DNA of 64,000 nucleotides from positions 1 to 64,000 of the forward strand of contig OZ244999.1 in assembly GCA_965223265.1 (NCBI GenBank), written 5' to 3'. The position numbers and the translations under genes were made by a program. Source of the stretch: Planctomycetota bacterium. GTDB lineage: Bacteria; Planctomycetota; UBA8108; SXIK01. Below the pieces are notes generated by a model. It was given only the letters and a program-made list of their open reading frames with translations, ran no database searches and was not told the DNA's origin. Shown in pieces: positions 29,010 through 38,459 of this stretch; the stretch's first letter is position 1, and each line of letters begins with the position of its first letter.

Positions 29010-29981
29010 TCAAGAGGTCGGTGAACTGAGGAAGGAGGCCTTGAGAATGTCAGGCTCGACGCGTCCGAACGTCCAACGTTTGTGCGTCTCGGTGTGTATG
29101 AATGTTACTTGCGCTGGGCTGAAGAGGTGTGGATCGATCTTGTAGAAGTCGTGGTCGTAACGCGCGAAGATTTTCCGAAACGGTGTCCCATGGTCGCTCG
29201 ACGACGACGCGGGAACGCGCGGTCCCACGTGTTCGATCGCCGCTTCATCTCCACTGACGTAAAGAGTCACCTGCGCGCCGTAGAGCATCGAATCGTTGGT
29301 CCTACCGAGTGCCTCAAGACTGTCGTCGGCCACGGGTGGCACGGGGGCGTCGCCGACACCACGCACGATGCTGGCGAGGTCGAATTCGAGATTGTGAAGC
29401 TTGTGAAGAGCTGTTTCCACCGAACGCGCGACGATCTGCACACCGCCGGCGAGGCTGTTCGTCGGGGCGATGGCTAGAACGATGCTGCTTGGCGACACGC
29501 CCGTTTTTTCGGCGATATAGCGGAAGATTTCCGCATTGGGAATGTGATCTCCCTCCAGGACACCGACTGCGACATCCGGAGATTCGCTGTAGCCCAGCTC
29601 CTCAAACAACTTCTCACCAGCATAGGCGGCGCGCATCGGGCCAGACCCCATGGCGAAAAACTTGCCGACGCTGAGGCGCCAGCCCGCGTACTGCGACGCC
29701 AAACACGCGTGGACCGGATCGAACGTCTTGACGTGAACGCGAGCGGTGCGCCACGGCGTCTCGGTTTCTTCTTCGACGACGACCTCGCCGCAGCCAGAAA
29801 GACACAGCCGCGCGAGTTCGACGCCGGCGGCGAGGCTGCCCGTCGCTTCGATGCCCGCATCGATGACTTCGCCGCCACCTTCTACGCTGTGGACCTTGAC
29901 GCCGAGCGCATCGGAAGCGGCGACGATGCTCCGACTCAGTTCGTAAGCCTTGGCGTTGAGGTTCATCGCCGGGAGTCCCAT
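29010..29981 (-). CDS. mch: Methenyl-H4MPT cyclohydrolase
   Basis: IDAG, CLASQYAGW, GSGPMRA, GGVQIVARSVETALHK, GRTNDSMLYG, DFYKIDPHLFSPA; start 29981 or 29966. Confidence 0.95.
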   Translation of the reverse strand: MGLPAMNLNAKAYELSRSIVAASDALGVKVHSVEGGGEVIDAGIEATGSLAAGVELARLCLSGCGEVVVEEETETPWRTARVHVKTFDPVHACLASQYAGWRLSVGKFFAMGSGPMRAAYAGEKLFEELGYSESPDVAVGVLEGDHIPNAEIFRYIAEKTGVSPSSIVLAIAPTNSLAGGVQIVARSVETALHKLHNLEFDLASIVRGVGDAPVPPVADDSLEALGRTNDSMLYGAQVTLYVSGDEAAIEHVGPRVPASSSSDHGTPFRKIFARYDHDFYKIDPHLFSPAQVTFIHTETHKRWTFGRVEPDILKASFLSSPTS

Positions 29982-30031
29982 AGCGGAATTTCTTTGCGGT
30001 TCGAGGCGCGGGGTTTGCTCAGAGATATACG

Positions 30032-31555
30032 TTACTGCACACCGCGGCCGATCGAAACACGCCAACCGTCGCCACACGGGATCTCGACGTCTGCCGGGGA
30101 GCCGAACGGGGTCGGCCGCTGGGAGAACGCGACGCCAAAGCTTCCGGAGCGAAACAACAGGCCAGGTGCTGCCAACAAATCCCGGTCGAGCACCAGCCCA
30201 CGGTCCCCGGTGACGAGTGCTGCGAGGACGTCGGCGCGAAAGTCGTGGAGTCTTTGAGACGCTCGCAGGAATGCAGCGATCAGGTCGTGGCGATGTGCAT
30301 CGACGTCATCGCTCGCCGTGCCACGTCCTGCCTGCATCGGCAGATCGCGAACGACTTCAGCCGGCGTTGCGACCACGGGAAGCGAGCTTGCGCTACCAGC
30401 GCCCGGCGTCACCGGCGCTTCTCTCAGGGCTTTGAGTGCAGCGGGTGGCAGCGCCACGAAGCTCGCGTCGCTGCCCGGGACCGACGCTTCAACGCTTTCG
30501 CTCCACGCTTTCACGAGTCGAAGCGCGTCGCTCAGCGCCATGGAGTCGAGTGAGAGCGCCACGGGCTCGAGGCTGCGGAGGAGCTGCGTCCAGACGCTGA
30601 CGAGGTCGCGCGCCACGTAGCGAATCAGATCGACTTGGAGAAGCGAACGCACAGCGACGTCGTCGCCGCGGGCCCCAGCGACCTGCGCTGCCACGACGAG
30701 GTCAACGAGCGAAGGGTCGTCAGGCGCGAAGGCGTCATAGAGTGCCAGCTTGCCGTGGACCAGCGCCGCACGCCGCACGAGTGCCTCGAGACCGTAGGAC
30801 CAGACGGTAATCGAGTCGTCAATCAAGTGCGGGACGAGGGACGGGTGGTAGAGTCCAGTCCAGGGCACATCGCGGGCGGCAGGCGCCGGGAACGCGGCCT
30901 GGTACTCCATCAGCGCGAAGAGAAGCGCCGGCAGGGGCACGTCGGCCTCCCGTTGTGAGCCGTCAGCCACGAAGAGTGGACTCAGGAGAATCCCATACGC
31001 ATCGAGCGTCACCGCGGCGCGTAGGAGATGCAACTCGCAGCGCCCGGGCCGGTCGTCGAGCGATTCGTTGAGCAGGTGGAGTGCAGGCTGGTGTTTGCCG
31101 GTGCGCCACAGTTTGGCGACTTCTTCGTGCAGCCGGCGTTCGCGCAGCGCGCCTGAAGCACTGGAGATGCGGAAGAGATGAAGCTGCCAGATCGGCGCTG
31201 CCTCGCCTTCGTGCGTCGATCCCGGCCGCGAAGCCGGCTCGAGTTTCGCTGCGCTGCCGTGGCGGCGCGACCGCGGTGGTGTCACGTCTCCACCGGAGTC
31301 GCCGATGGGCACCATGACGCTCGGGGAGCTCTCTCGCCAAGGTCGGGCTTCAGTCGCTTCCGATTCAGCGTCTGCCACATCACGCCCAAAGGACGTCGCC
31401 GTCGGCTTCGCGTTGCCAGCGACGCTCGAGGCGGGCGCCGCGTTCGTGTCATCAACATTCACGTGCGCCTGTCGACAGCCGTAGTTCGTCAGCAGCCAAC
31501 AAGCGCTCAGAACAAGAAGTGGCACCAGACGTAGTGAAAAACGTGTGCGCGTCAT
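30032..31555 (-). CDS. Hypothetical exported/lipoprotein-like protein
   Basis: ATG 31555 overlaps the upstream permease stop (ATGA); hydrophobic N-terminus ending in Cys; no recognisable family. Confidence 0.55.
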   Translation of the reverse strand: MTRTRFSLRLVPLLVLSACWLLTNYGCRQAHVNVDDTNAAPASSVAGNAKPTATSFGRDVADAESEATEARPWRESSPSVMVPIGDSGGDVTPPRSRRHGSAAKLEPASRPGSTHEGEAAPIWQLHLFRISSASGALRERRLHEEVAKLWRTGKHQPALHLLNESLDDRPGRCELHLLRAAVTLDAYGILLSPLFVADGSQREADVPLPALLFALMEYQAAFPAPAARDVPWTGLYHPSLVPHLIDDSITVWSYGLEALVRRAALVHGKLALYDAFAPDDPSLVDLVVAAQVAGARGDDVAVRSLLQVDLIRYVARDLVSVWTQLLRSLEPVALSLDSMALSDALRLVKAWSESVEASVPGSDASFVALPPAALKALREAPVTPGAGSASSLPVVATPAEVVRDLPMQAGRGTASDDVDAHRHDLIAAFLRASQRLHDFRADVLAALVTGDRGLVLDRDLLAAPGLLFRSGSFGVAFSQRPTPFGSPADVEIPCGDGWRVSIGRGVQ

Positions 31556-33036
31556 ACGGCTGGAAAGATGAAGGCGAGAATCAATACTTCGATGAGTCCA
31601 GCAAGCCCCATGACGCCGAGTAGCGGCGTCCAAGTCGCCAGCGTTTCCTTTTCGGTGAAGCCGCTCATCTTGCCGACCACCCAGAAGCCACTGTCGTTCA
31701 TCCACGAGATAAAGAGCGATCCGAAGCCGATAGCGGCAAAGACGTAGATGACATGACAGGGAAGAGGCGTGCCCTGAAAAAAAGTCGCCATCATCGCCGA
31801 CGTCGTGATCATCGAGACGGTGCCAGATCCCTGTGCGATCTTCAGCAGTGCCGCGATGCCCCAGGCGATCGCGACGACCCCGGCACCGCCGAGCTCCGCA
31901 ATGTTCTCGGAACCTAAAGCCTCCGCTACCCCTGTGCGCGAGAGCATCTTCCCGAACGCGCCGCCGGCGCTGGTGATGAGAATAATAACGCCGGCGCTGG
32001 CGATCGCGGGCTCGAACTTGGCGCTGAGCTCGCCGAGTTTTAGGTTTTTCTGGCGCGCTAGCATGGCGACTGCCATCACCGTCGAAATCAGTAGCGCGAC
32101 GTTCGCGTTCCCCAAGAAGGTGCTCGCCTCGAGAAGCCAGGAGGGCACGTCGGTTCCTGCTTTCTGGATGGCCGTTAGAAGTGTCTGACCCGTGATGAGG
32201 AACACCGGCAGCAGAACCGGCAGCAGCGCGCTGACGAGTCCAGGAAGCTCGCTCTCTTGGCGGTTGACGATCGCTTCGAGCTCTTTGATCGACGACCCAG
32301 GAGCTTCTCGCACTGGGATGTCGAGGCGGCGGTTGACAAACGCAGCGAACGCTAGCCCGGCGAGTGCGGGCGGTAGGCCGAGAAGAAAACCAAAACCGAT
32401 CGCGGCGCCGAGGTCGAGACCTTGACCGGAGAGGTTCTCGACCATGACCAGCGGACCCGGTGTCGGCGGCACCAGTGAGTGGGTGATCGCACCGCCGGCG
32501 CAGGGCGCCATGACGTACAGAACGAAGTTCTTTCCGAGGCGCATGCGAAGCGCGCGCGCCAGCGGCACGACAAGGAAGAACACCGTGTCGAAGAAGACTG
32601 GCACCGAGAGCACATAGCCGGTGGACATGAGTGCGAGCGATGCGTAGGCCTGTCCGAAGAGCGCCAAAAGGGAACGCACGATGCGGTCTGCCGCACCGCT
32701 TTCAAGAAGACACTGGCCGATGATCGCGGCGAGCACGATCACGATGGCGATCTTGCCAGCGGTGCCGCCGAACTCCTCCGCCGTGCGCTGCACGGCAAGC
32801 GTCGCTTTCGGCGGCAGGGATTCGAGTCGGCTCTCGAGCTCTTGCTGGACGCGAGCATCGTCGTCGGGGTACGCGCTTTTCAACTCGGTTTCGATCCTGC
32901 CGCGTTCTGCACTGGCCGGTGAAAGAATGCCGACGAGGATCGCGCCAAGGATCAGCGCCAGGAATGGATGCAACTTCAGCACCGTGATCCCGACGATGAC
33001 GAATGCCACACCAACGACCAAGACGAGGAAAGCCAT
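31552..33036 (-). CDS. GntP/DsdX-family sugar-acid:H+ symporter
   Basis: KLHPFLALI, LLESGAADRI, PVFFDTVF, THSLVPPTPGP, AGGAFG, KIAQGSGTV, SWMNDSGFW. Confidence 0.9.
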   Translation of the reverse strand: MAFLVLVVGVAFVIVGITVLKLHPFLALILGAILVGILSPASAERGRIETELKSAYPDDDARVQQELESRLESLPPKATLAVQRTAEEFGGTAGKIAIVIVLAAIIGQCLLESGAADRIVRSLLALFGQAYASLALMSTGYVLSVPVFFDTVFFLVVPLARALRMRLGKNFVLYVMAPCAGGAITHSLVPPTPGPLVMVENLSGQGLDLGAAIGFGFLLGLPPALAGLAFAAFVNRRLDIPVREAPGSSIKELEAIVNRQESELPGLVSALLPVLLPVFLITGQTLLTAIQKAGTDVPSWLLEASTFLGNANVALLISTVMAVAMLARQKNLKLGELSAKFEPAIASAGVIILITSAGGAFGKMLSRTGVAEALGSENIAELGGAGVVAIAWGIAALLKIAQGSGTVSMITTSAMMATFFQGTPLPCHVIYVFAAIGFGSLFISWMNDSGFWVVGKMSGFTEKETLATWTPLLGVMGLAGLIEVLILAFIFPAV

Positions 33037-33104
33037 GAAGGTTGTCGTCCTTAGGAGAAGCGCTGTTTGACGGCGAGGAGCCCGCAGCGAGATCGTACGG
33101 CTAG

Positions 33105-33146
33105 CACGCCGTCGAAAAAGTGCCCGAGCGCTTCTTCAACGGGCCG
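33105..33146. repeat. 42-bp mini-version of the MITE-like element (ends only)
   Basis: CTAG + CACGCCGTCGAAAAAGTG...CGCTTCTTCAACGGGCCG + CTAT; both ends are degenerate copies of the TIR. Confidence 0.5.
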
Positions 33147-33467
33147 CTATGCGCTGATCCTCAGCCCGTGAGACGCCTATCGAACGAGAAATGGCGCCGC
33201 GGTGCAAGTTGCGAATTCGGCTATCGGAGACTTGGGCGGCTCGTGGCGCGCGGAGGATCCGATAACCGGAGTCGACGGGGCGCGGGCAAACTCGCTGCCG
33301 ACGCTTTCGCCCGCCGATGCTTCCTGCTACGCTGAGCGCTTGCTTGAGATTCCGGTGTGGCGGTCGAGGTGGCCGTCGATGTGGCCATGCGGCGCGACCG
33401 CTGGATCTCGCTTGACAGCGTTGTTGAGCGCTGACGAGCCACCTGAATCCACGAGACGGAGGAATCT

Positions 33468-33860
33468 ATGGATTGCCCACGCTGCCGATTGCCCTTGAAA
33501 AAAGTTGACTACGAAGGCGTCGAGACCGACATGTGCGAGAGCTGCTGGGGGTTCTGGCTCGACACGGGCGAGCTCGAGCAGGTGCTGGCGCGCAAGCGAC
33601 TTGAGTTTTCGAATGCCGAACGCGAGGCGATCCTCGACGTCCGCACCGCGTCACGCGGTGGACCGACCGAGCCAGCTCCCTGCCCCGTTTGCAGCACGAC
33701 GATGGAGCGTCTGCACTACGACGAAAGCGTGCACCTGATCATCGACCGCTGCGCGCAACACGGGGCGTGGCTCGACACGGGCGAGATCAAGAAGGTGCAG
33801 GCACTCGCCGAGAAGTCCATGGCCGTGCATCGAATGCTGATCAAGAAACTTGGGCTCTAG
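33468..33860 (+). CDS. Tandem zf-TFIIB-type zinc-ribbon protein
   Basis: Two CPxC...D.C..(C/H).G.WLDTGE units; GGAGG RBS. Confidence 0.85.
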   Translation: MDCPRCRLPLKKVDYEGVETDMCESCWGFWLDTGELEQVLARKRLEFSNAEREAILDVRTASRGGPTEPAPCPVCSTTMERLHYDESVHLIIDRCAQHGAWLDTGEIKKVQALAEKSMAVHRMLIKKLGL

Positions 33861-34021
33861 CCTACCGGTCGTTTCGCTGTGACGCTGGGTCCTCTCGTGC
33901 GTGGTCTTGCTTTGGCTCTCCGCTCGTCGACGTCGAGCTCTGCCACCGTCGGCGGATGGGCTGCGAGTCGCGAACTTGGCGTGGCGTTCGCCTCTTTCCC
34001 AGGTCGCGAAATCTCGCCAGG

Positions 34022-34061
34022 ACATACCCTTTCCGTACGCTTTCCGTACCTTTGCCGTACT
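34022..34061 (+). promoter_or_regulatory. Direct repeats with 11-bp period
   Basis: CCGTAC at 34033, 34044 and 34055, plus degenerate ACATAC at 34022; upstream of the large exported protein. Confidence 0.45.
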
Positions 34062-34332
34062 CTTTAGCCCGGACGTTCATCGACCGGCATTTGTTGGGTC
34101 GTGAATCGAAGCGGGGGCCGTTGGCACTGAATGCTCCGCCGCGGAAAATAGCTTTCGAGTTTTGCGTTTTTTCTCGGCGCGCCATCACCAACGCGGTCGT
34201 ATAAACGGATCCGCGTTTTCGTACGCCGCTCGGGGCAGGCTTGCGCGCAAGGGAGGCGGGCAAAGAGCGGAGGTCTCCATCACGGACGCCAACAGAGTGG
34301 CAGGAATCATCAGAATGGCGGGATTCATCACA

Positions 34333-37300
34333 ATGGCCCATACAAAACGAATCCAGGGACTTACACTTCTTTTGGCGGTGCTCGCCAACCCGATCGCACA
34401 GGTCTGCGCCGAGTGCAGCTACACCAGCGTCCCCGGCACGATCATCTGGGGCGCTCCGGATCTGCTCGGATCGTGGCAAGATCCCGACTGCGAGTCCTGC
34501 GATCCCCTGCCGCTTCTCTTGGTCGGCGCAGACGGCTACGGGAACTGGGACATTTATATCGAACCCGGCGACCCTGCGGACTGCGTGATCGATGCCCAAG
34601 AGGTCGTCATCGACAACAAGGCTGACGCTCTCAACCCCGGAGGTAGCATCGACGACTGCCCGACGCCCGAGCCGTACCACTATTGGACGGTCTTTCACAT
34701 CGACGCCAGCGCCGCCAACGCCGAGCTGCCGATCGGCGCCCACGAAGCTTGGGACAGTCGCGACGGCATCGTGGACGCCGGACTGGCGGTGGGCAGGAAG
34801 GATCTCGTGACCACGGAACAGTACTCCTTTCTCCCCTTGTTTCCTGTCACCGGAACGTACGAGATTCGCCGGTACTCGAAGGACTGCGGGGAGGGGTCCT
34901 CATACGCCGCACTCGCTCTGCGGGTCGAGGTCACCCAGCCCCTCAGGGCGACGTCGATCCACTTCGACGGCTCGCTAAGCACCGCTACCGCCGTGCAGAC
35001 GCTCGTCGAGTACGCGGCCTCCCCTGAAGTGACAGGTTGCGTCGATAGGATCGTCCCAGACGATACCCTTCGAGTGCTCTGCTCGAACGGGGTGGGCGCT
35101 CCGGGACTCGAGGCCTACGATTTCTTCACCATGGAAGGGTGCGGCGTCGAGAGTGTCGAATGGGAGAGCTTCGAGGAGGGCACGGGCGTGTGGTCGCCGA
35201 TGTCGGTCTCGAATCCCGTCGAGGACCTCTCGAGCGAAGACGTCGCGGCGAATCTGCCCTCGCGAGGATACGTCCGGTTCCGCCGCGTCGACACGAGTTC
35301 GGGAGACACCACGACGACGAACGCGCTGACGGTCGCTATCATCGGCGACATCAACGTACGAGTGACCCCGGCTCGGCAGGACGTCTGCCAATCCGGCGTT
35401 CGTGAGGACCTTGTGGCGGAACTCCGCCAAACGCCCACAGGTCGGGTCCAATACCTATGGCAATCGCGCCTCCTCGAGCCAGGGGCGGAGTGGCAGATGA
35501 TCCCGGACGCATTCGGCGCGGCGATCACGCCGACGGCGGATTCACGCGATTACCAAGCCCTGGTTTGGGCCATCCAAGACACAGCCGTCAATCTCGCGCC
35601 AGGTGGCATCGCGACCCAGTCGAGCACGTTCCCAGGAGGCGACGCGGCCAACGCGATCGACGGGAACCCCCAAGGCAATTGGGGCGACGACCTTCTGTCG
35701 CGCACCGCGCTCGCGGACAGCTCTCCGTGGTGGAGTGTCGCGTTCGATCAAAACCACGAGCTGACCCGCGTCAAGCTGTGGAATCGCGAGGATTGCTGTC
35801 GTTTCCGCTTGACCAACTTTCGCATCCGAGTCATCAGCGAAAGCGGCAGCGATAGCTACTCGGAAGATTTCTACACCGGCGGCGGCGGCGTTCTCGGCGA
35901 TGAGTCTTTCACGCTGCCCGAAGGTACGATCGGAAACGAAGTCCGCATCGAGATCCTGGGTCCGAACAGCTTCGGCGAGACGAATCTGACTCTCGCGGAA
36001 GTCGAGGTCTTCGGCTTTCCGCGCTGTGGCCCGTACCTCTCGAACATGGTGAGGGTGATCGTCGGCGACGACGATGCCAATCCGGCGGCGTACTTTCCCG
36101 ACACGGATGGCGACGGCTACCCGAACAAGAGTGGCGCGTCGCAAGTCTTCTGCGCGGATCCCGGCGACGGTTGGGCGCTCGGCGCTCTCGAAGAGGACTG
36201 TAACGACGGAAATCCGATTCTTCGCCCGGGACAACTCTGGTACTTCGACGGAGACGAAGACAACCTGATCGCGTTCGACGCCGAACCCGTCGAATCGTGC
36301 CAGCGTCCGATGCCGTTCAGTCAGTGGAAGCGGCGCAATCCCGAGGATCCCTGGGACTGCGACGACACCGATCCGAACGTCAACACGGCGGAGTCCTGGC
36401 TCAAAGACGAGGACGGAGATGGCTTCTCGGTCGGCGAGGTCGTGATCAGTTGTGCTCCGCCACTCGGGTATCGATCCGTCGACGAGATCGTCGGCGGCGA
36501 CGACTGTAACGACCTCGATCCGAACGAGAACCCCGGACAGAGTTGGTATCCAGACGCAGATTCCGACGGCCAGGGTGGAGGTCCTGCCGTCGAGTCGTGC
36601 ACGCGGCCCGAGGGCTACTTCACGGCGGAGGAGCTCACCGGCACGACGGACTGCGACGACACCGACCCGCTCTACTTCGAAGACGAAAGCTGGTACCGCG
36701 ACGCCGACGGTGACGGATTTCCCGCGGCGGCGCCCGGCAGCGAAGACGCGGACGTCGCCTCGAGCTGCGGCCCGCAAGACGACTTCACCAAGCGCGCGCA
36801 CGAGCTCGTCAGTCTCGACGTCGACTGCGACGACGAGGACCCCGAGCGCTTCCCCGGCCAGGCTTGGTATCCCGATGGCGATGCGGATGGCCTCGGCGAC
36901 GCATTCGCGTCCCCGACGTTCGACTGTAACCCCCCGAGTCCGACGATGGCAGCGAATCACCGAGACTGTGACGACGGCAACTCGGACCCGGCGCGCTGCT
37001 TGCCCGACGCCGACGCTGGCGCGACCCTCGAGCTTTCTCTCGGTGACGCACTCGCGGCAGACTCCTGGAACGGTACCGGTGAGACGCCGCTCGGCTCATT
37101 CGGGGATTCCGATTTCCTGGTCGAGGCGTGGATTCGCACGAGTGCGGCGCGAGCGCAAGTGATCATCTCGAAGGGATCGTCGTGTGCGGAGTCGAATGCT
37201 TGGGGCATGCGTCTGCGCGCCGATGGCGTCGCCGAGGCATTCGTCACGAGCGGGATCGGAGCGAAGTTAGAGCTCTCGGGGCAGACTTCTCTGAACGACG

Positions 37301-38430
37301 ACGAATGGCATCACGTCGCCCTGCGCCGCATTGACGACGAGCTCTCGATTTGGGTCGATTCCCTTCCCGAGGCCCGCGACTCCATCGGTACCGAGCTCCG
37401 AATTCGGGGCCGCCGCGACGTCGTCGTCGGCAACGACCTTCCCCTCGGGGGAGACGGCTGCGAACCCGGATTCGAGGGCAAGATCGACAACGTTCGGATC
37501 TGGGCCGCGAGTCGATCGCTCGCGGAGTCGGGCCCGGATCTCCACCGCGTGGTCGACGCCGAGTCACTCGGACTCGTTGTCTACTGGTCGTTTGACAAGA
37601 CGGTACCGCACGATGGGGAAATCTACGCGGCCGATTCTGCCGTCGGCTTTCCACTTCTCGTCGAGAGGGGCAACCGGGTGGGCTCGACGGCACCGGTCGG
37701 AGTCGGAACGGCCCAGATTTCCGTCTTTCTCCCTGCCGAGGGAGGGCCTGGCGACTTCATCCACGATGGCGCGGGGCTGCGCGTTAACGGGGCGGTGCTC
37801 GATGCCGTTGCCGCCACGGCGACGACGACTCGCCTCGCAGTCCCGCCGGCCGGGGAGCTTCCCCCGAAACGAGCTCCTCTCACCGACAGCTACTGGATTC
37901 TCGATCTCCTCGGACCCGCCTCTTCGATTCAAGGGGACCTGACGCTTCAGTTCGAAACCGACGTGATCAGCGCCGGCACCGCGGGGCGACTCGAGGAGAT
38001 CTCCCTCTACTCACGCCCCGCGAACTCCGACGGCGAGTGGACGTTCGTGGCGACCGCGGCCGCTGCAAACGAGGCGAGTGAGCAGGTGCGTTTTAACGGC
38101 GTGACGCTCACTCGCAGCCAGCTCGTCGTCATGGACTCCGGCGAGCCCGATGAAACGCCTTTGTACCGCGGCGACTGCAACCAGGACTTGAGTGTCGACC
38201 TTTCCGACGGGATCTTCGACCTCAATTTCCTCTTCGTGAGCGGTGAACCACCGACGTGCGTCGAGGCGTGCGAGGTCAACGGCGACGGCCAGAACGACCT
38301 CTCGGACCCGGTCTACCTGCTCAACTATCTCTTCATCAGTGGACCGGCGCCCGAGGTGCCGTTCCTCGGCTGTGGGCTCGACCCCGATCCGGCTGGGAGT
38401 CTGGGATGCGAGGTGACTGCATGTCCGTAG
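34333..38430 (+). CDS. Large exported adhesin-like protein: F-type lectin/discoidin domain, six Asp/Cys-rich metal-binding (MopE-like) repeats, LamG domain, dockerin-like tail
   Basis: Probable ATG 34333 with signal peptide; NLA...ATQSST...AIDGN...PWW.V...NREDCC; (W/Y).D.DGDG...DC.D repeats; EAWIRT...WHHVAL...GKIDNVRIW; YRGDCNQD..VDLSD tail. Confidence 0.8.
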   Translation: MAHTKRIQGLTLLLAVLANPIAQVCAECSYTSVPGTIIWGAPDLLGSWQDPDCESCDPLPLLLVGADGYGNWDIYIEPGDPADCVIDAQEVVIDNKADALNPGGSIDDCPTPEPYHYWTVFHIDASAANAELPIGAHEAWDSRDGIVDAGLAVGRKDLVTTEQYSFLPLFPVTGTYEIRRYSKDCGEGSSYAALALRVEVTQPLRATSIHFDGSLSTATAVQTLVEYAASPEVTGCVDRIVPDDTLRVLCSNGVGAPGLEAYDFFTMEGCGVESVEWESFEEGTGVWSPMSVSNPVEDLSSEDVAANLPSRGYVRFRRVDTSSGDTTTTNALTVAIIGDINVRVTPARQDVCQSGVREDLVAELRQTPTGRVQYLWQSRLLEPGAEWQMIPDAFGAAITPTADSRDYQALVWAIQDTAVNLAPGGIATQSSTFPGGDAANAIDGNPQGNWGDDLLSRTALADSSPWWSVAFDQNHELTRVKLWNREDCCRFRLTNFRIRVISESGSDSYSEDFYTGGGGVLGDESFTLPEGTIGNEVRIEILGPNSFGETNLTLAEVEVFGFPRCGPYLSNMVRVIVGDDDANPAAYFPDTDGDGYPNKSGASQVFCADPGDGWALGALEEDCNDGNPILRPGQLWYFDGDEDNLIAFDAEPVESCQRPMPFSQWKRRNPEDPWDCDDTDPNVNTAESWLKDEDGDGFSVGEVVISCAPPLGYRSVDEIVGGDDCNDLDPNENPGQSWYPDADSDGQGGGPAVESCTRPEGYFTAEELTGTTDCDDTDPLYFEDESWYRDADGDGFPAAAPGSEDADVASSCGPQDDFTKRAHELVSLDVDCDDEDPERFPGQAWYPDGDADGLGDAFASPTFDCNPPSPTMAANHRDCDDGNSDPARCLPDADAGATLELSLGDALAADSWNGTGETPLGSFGDSDFLVEAWIRTSAARAQVIISKGSSCAESNAWGMRLRADGVAEAFVTSGIGAKLELSGQTSLNDDEWHHVALRRIDDELSIWVDSLPEARDSIGTELRIRGRRDVVVGNDLPLGGDGCEPGFEGKIDNVRIWAASRSLAESGPDLHRVVDAESLGLVVYWSFDKTVPHDGEIYAADSAVGFPLLVERGNRVGSTAPVGVGTAQISVFLPAEGGPGDFIHDGAGLRVNGAVLDAVAATATTTRLAVPPAGELPPKRAPLTDSYWILDLLGPASSIQGDLTLQFETDVISAGTAGRLEEISLYSRPANSDGEWTFVATAAAANEASEQVRFNGVTLTRSQLVVMDSGEPDETPLYRGDCNQDLSVDLSDGIFDLNFLFVSGEPPTCVEACEVNGDGQNDLSDPVYLLNYLFISGPAPEVPFLGCGLDPDPAGSLGCEVTACP

Positions 38431-38459
38431 ATTCAGCGTGGCCCTAGGAGAGTTCGACC

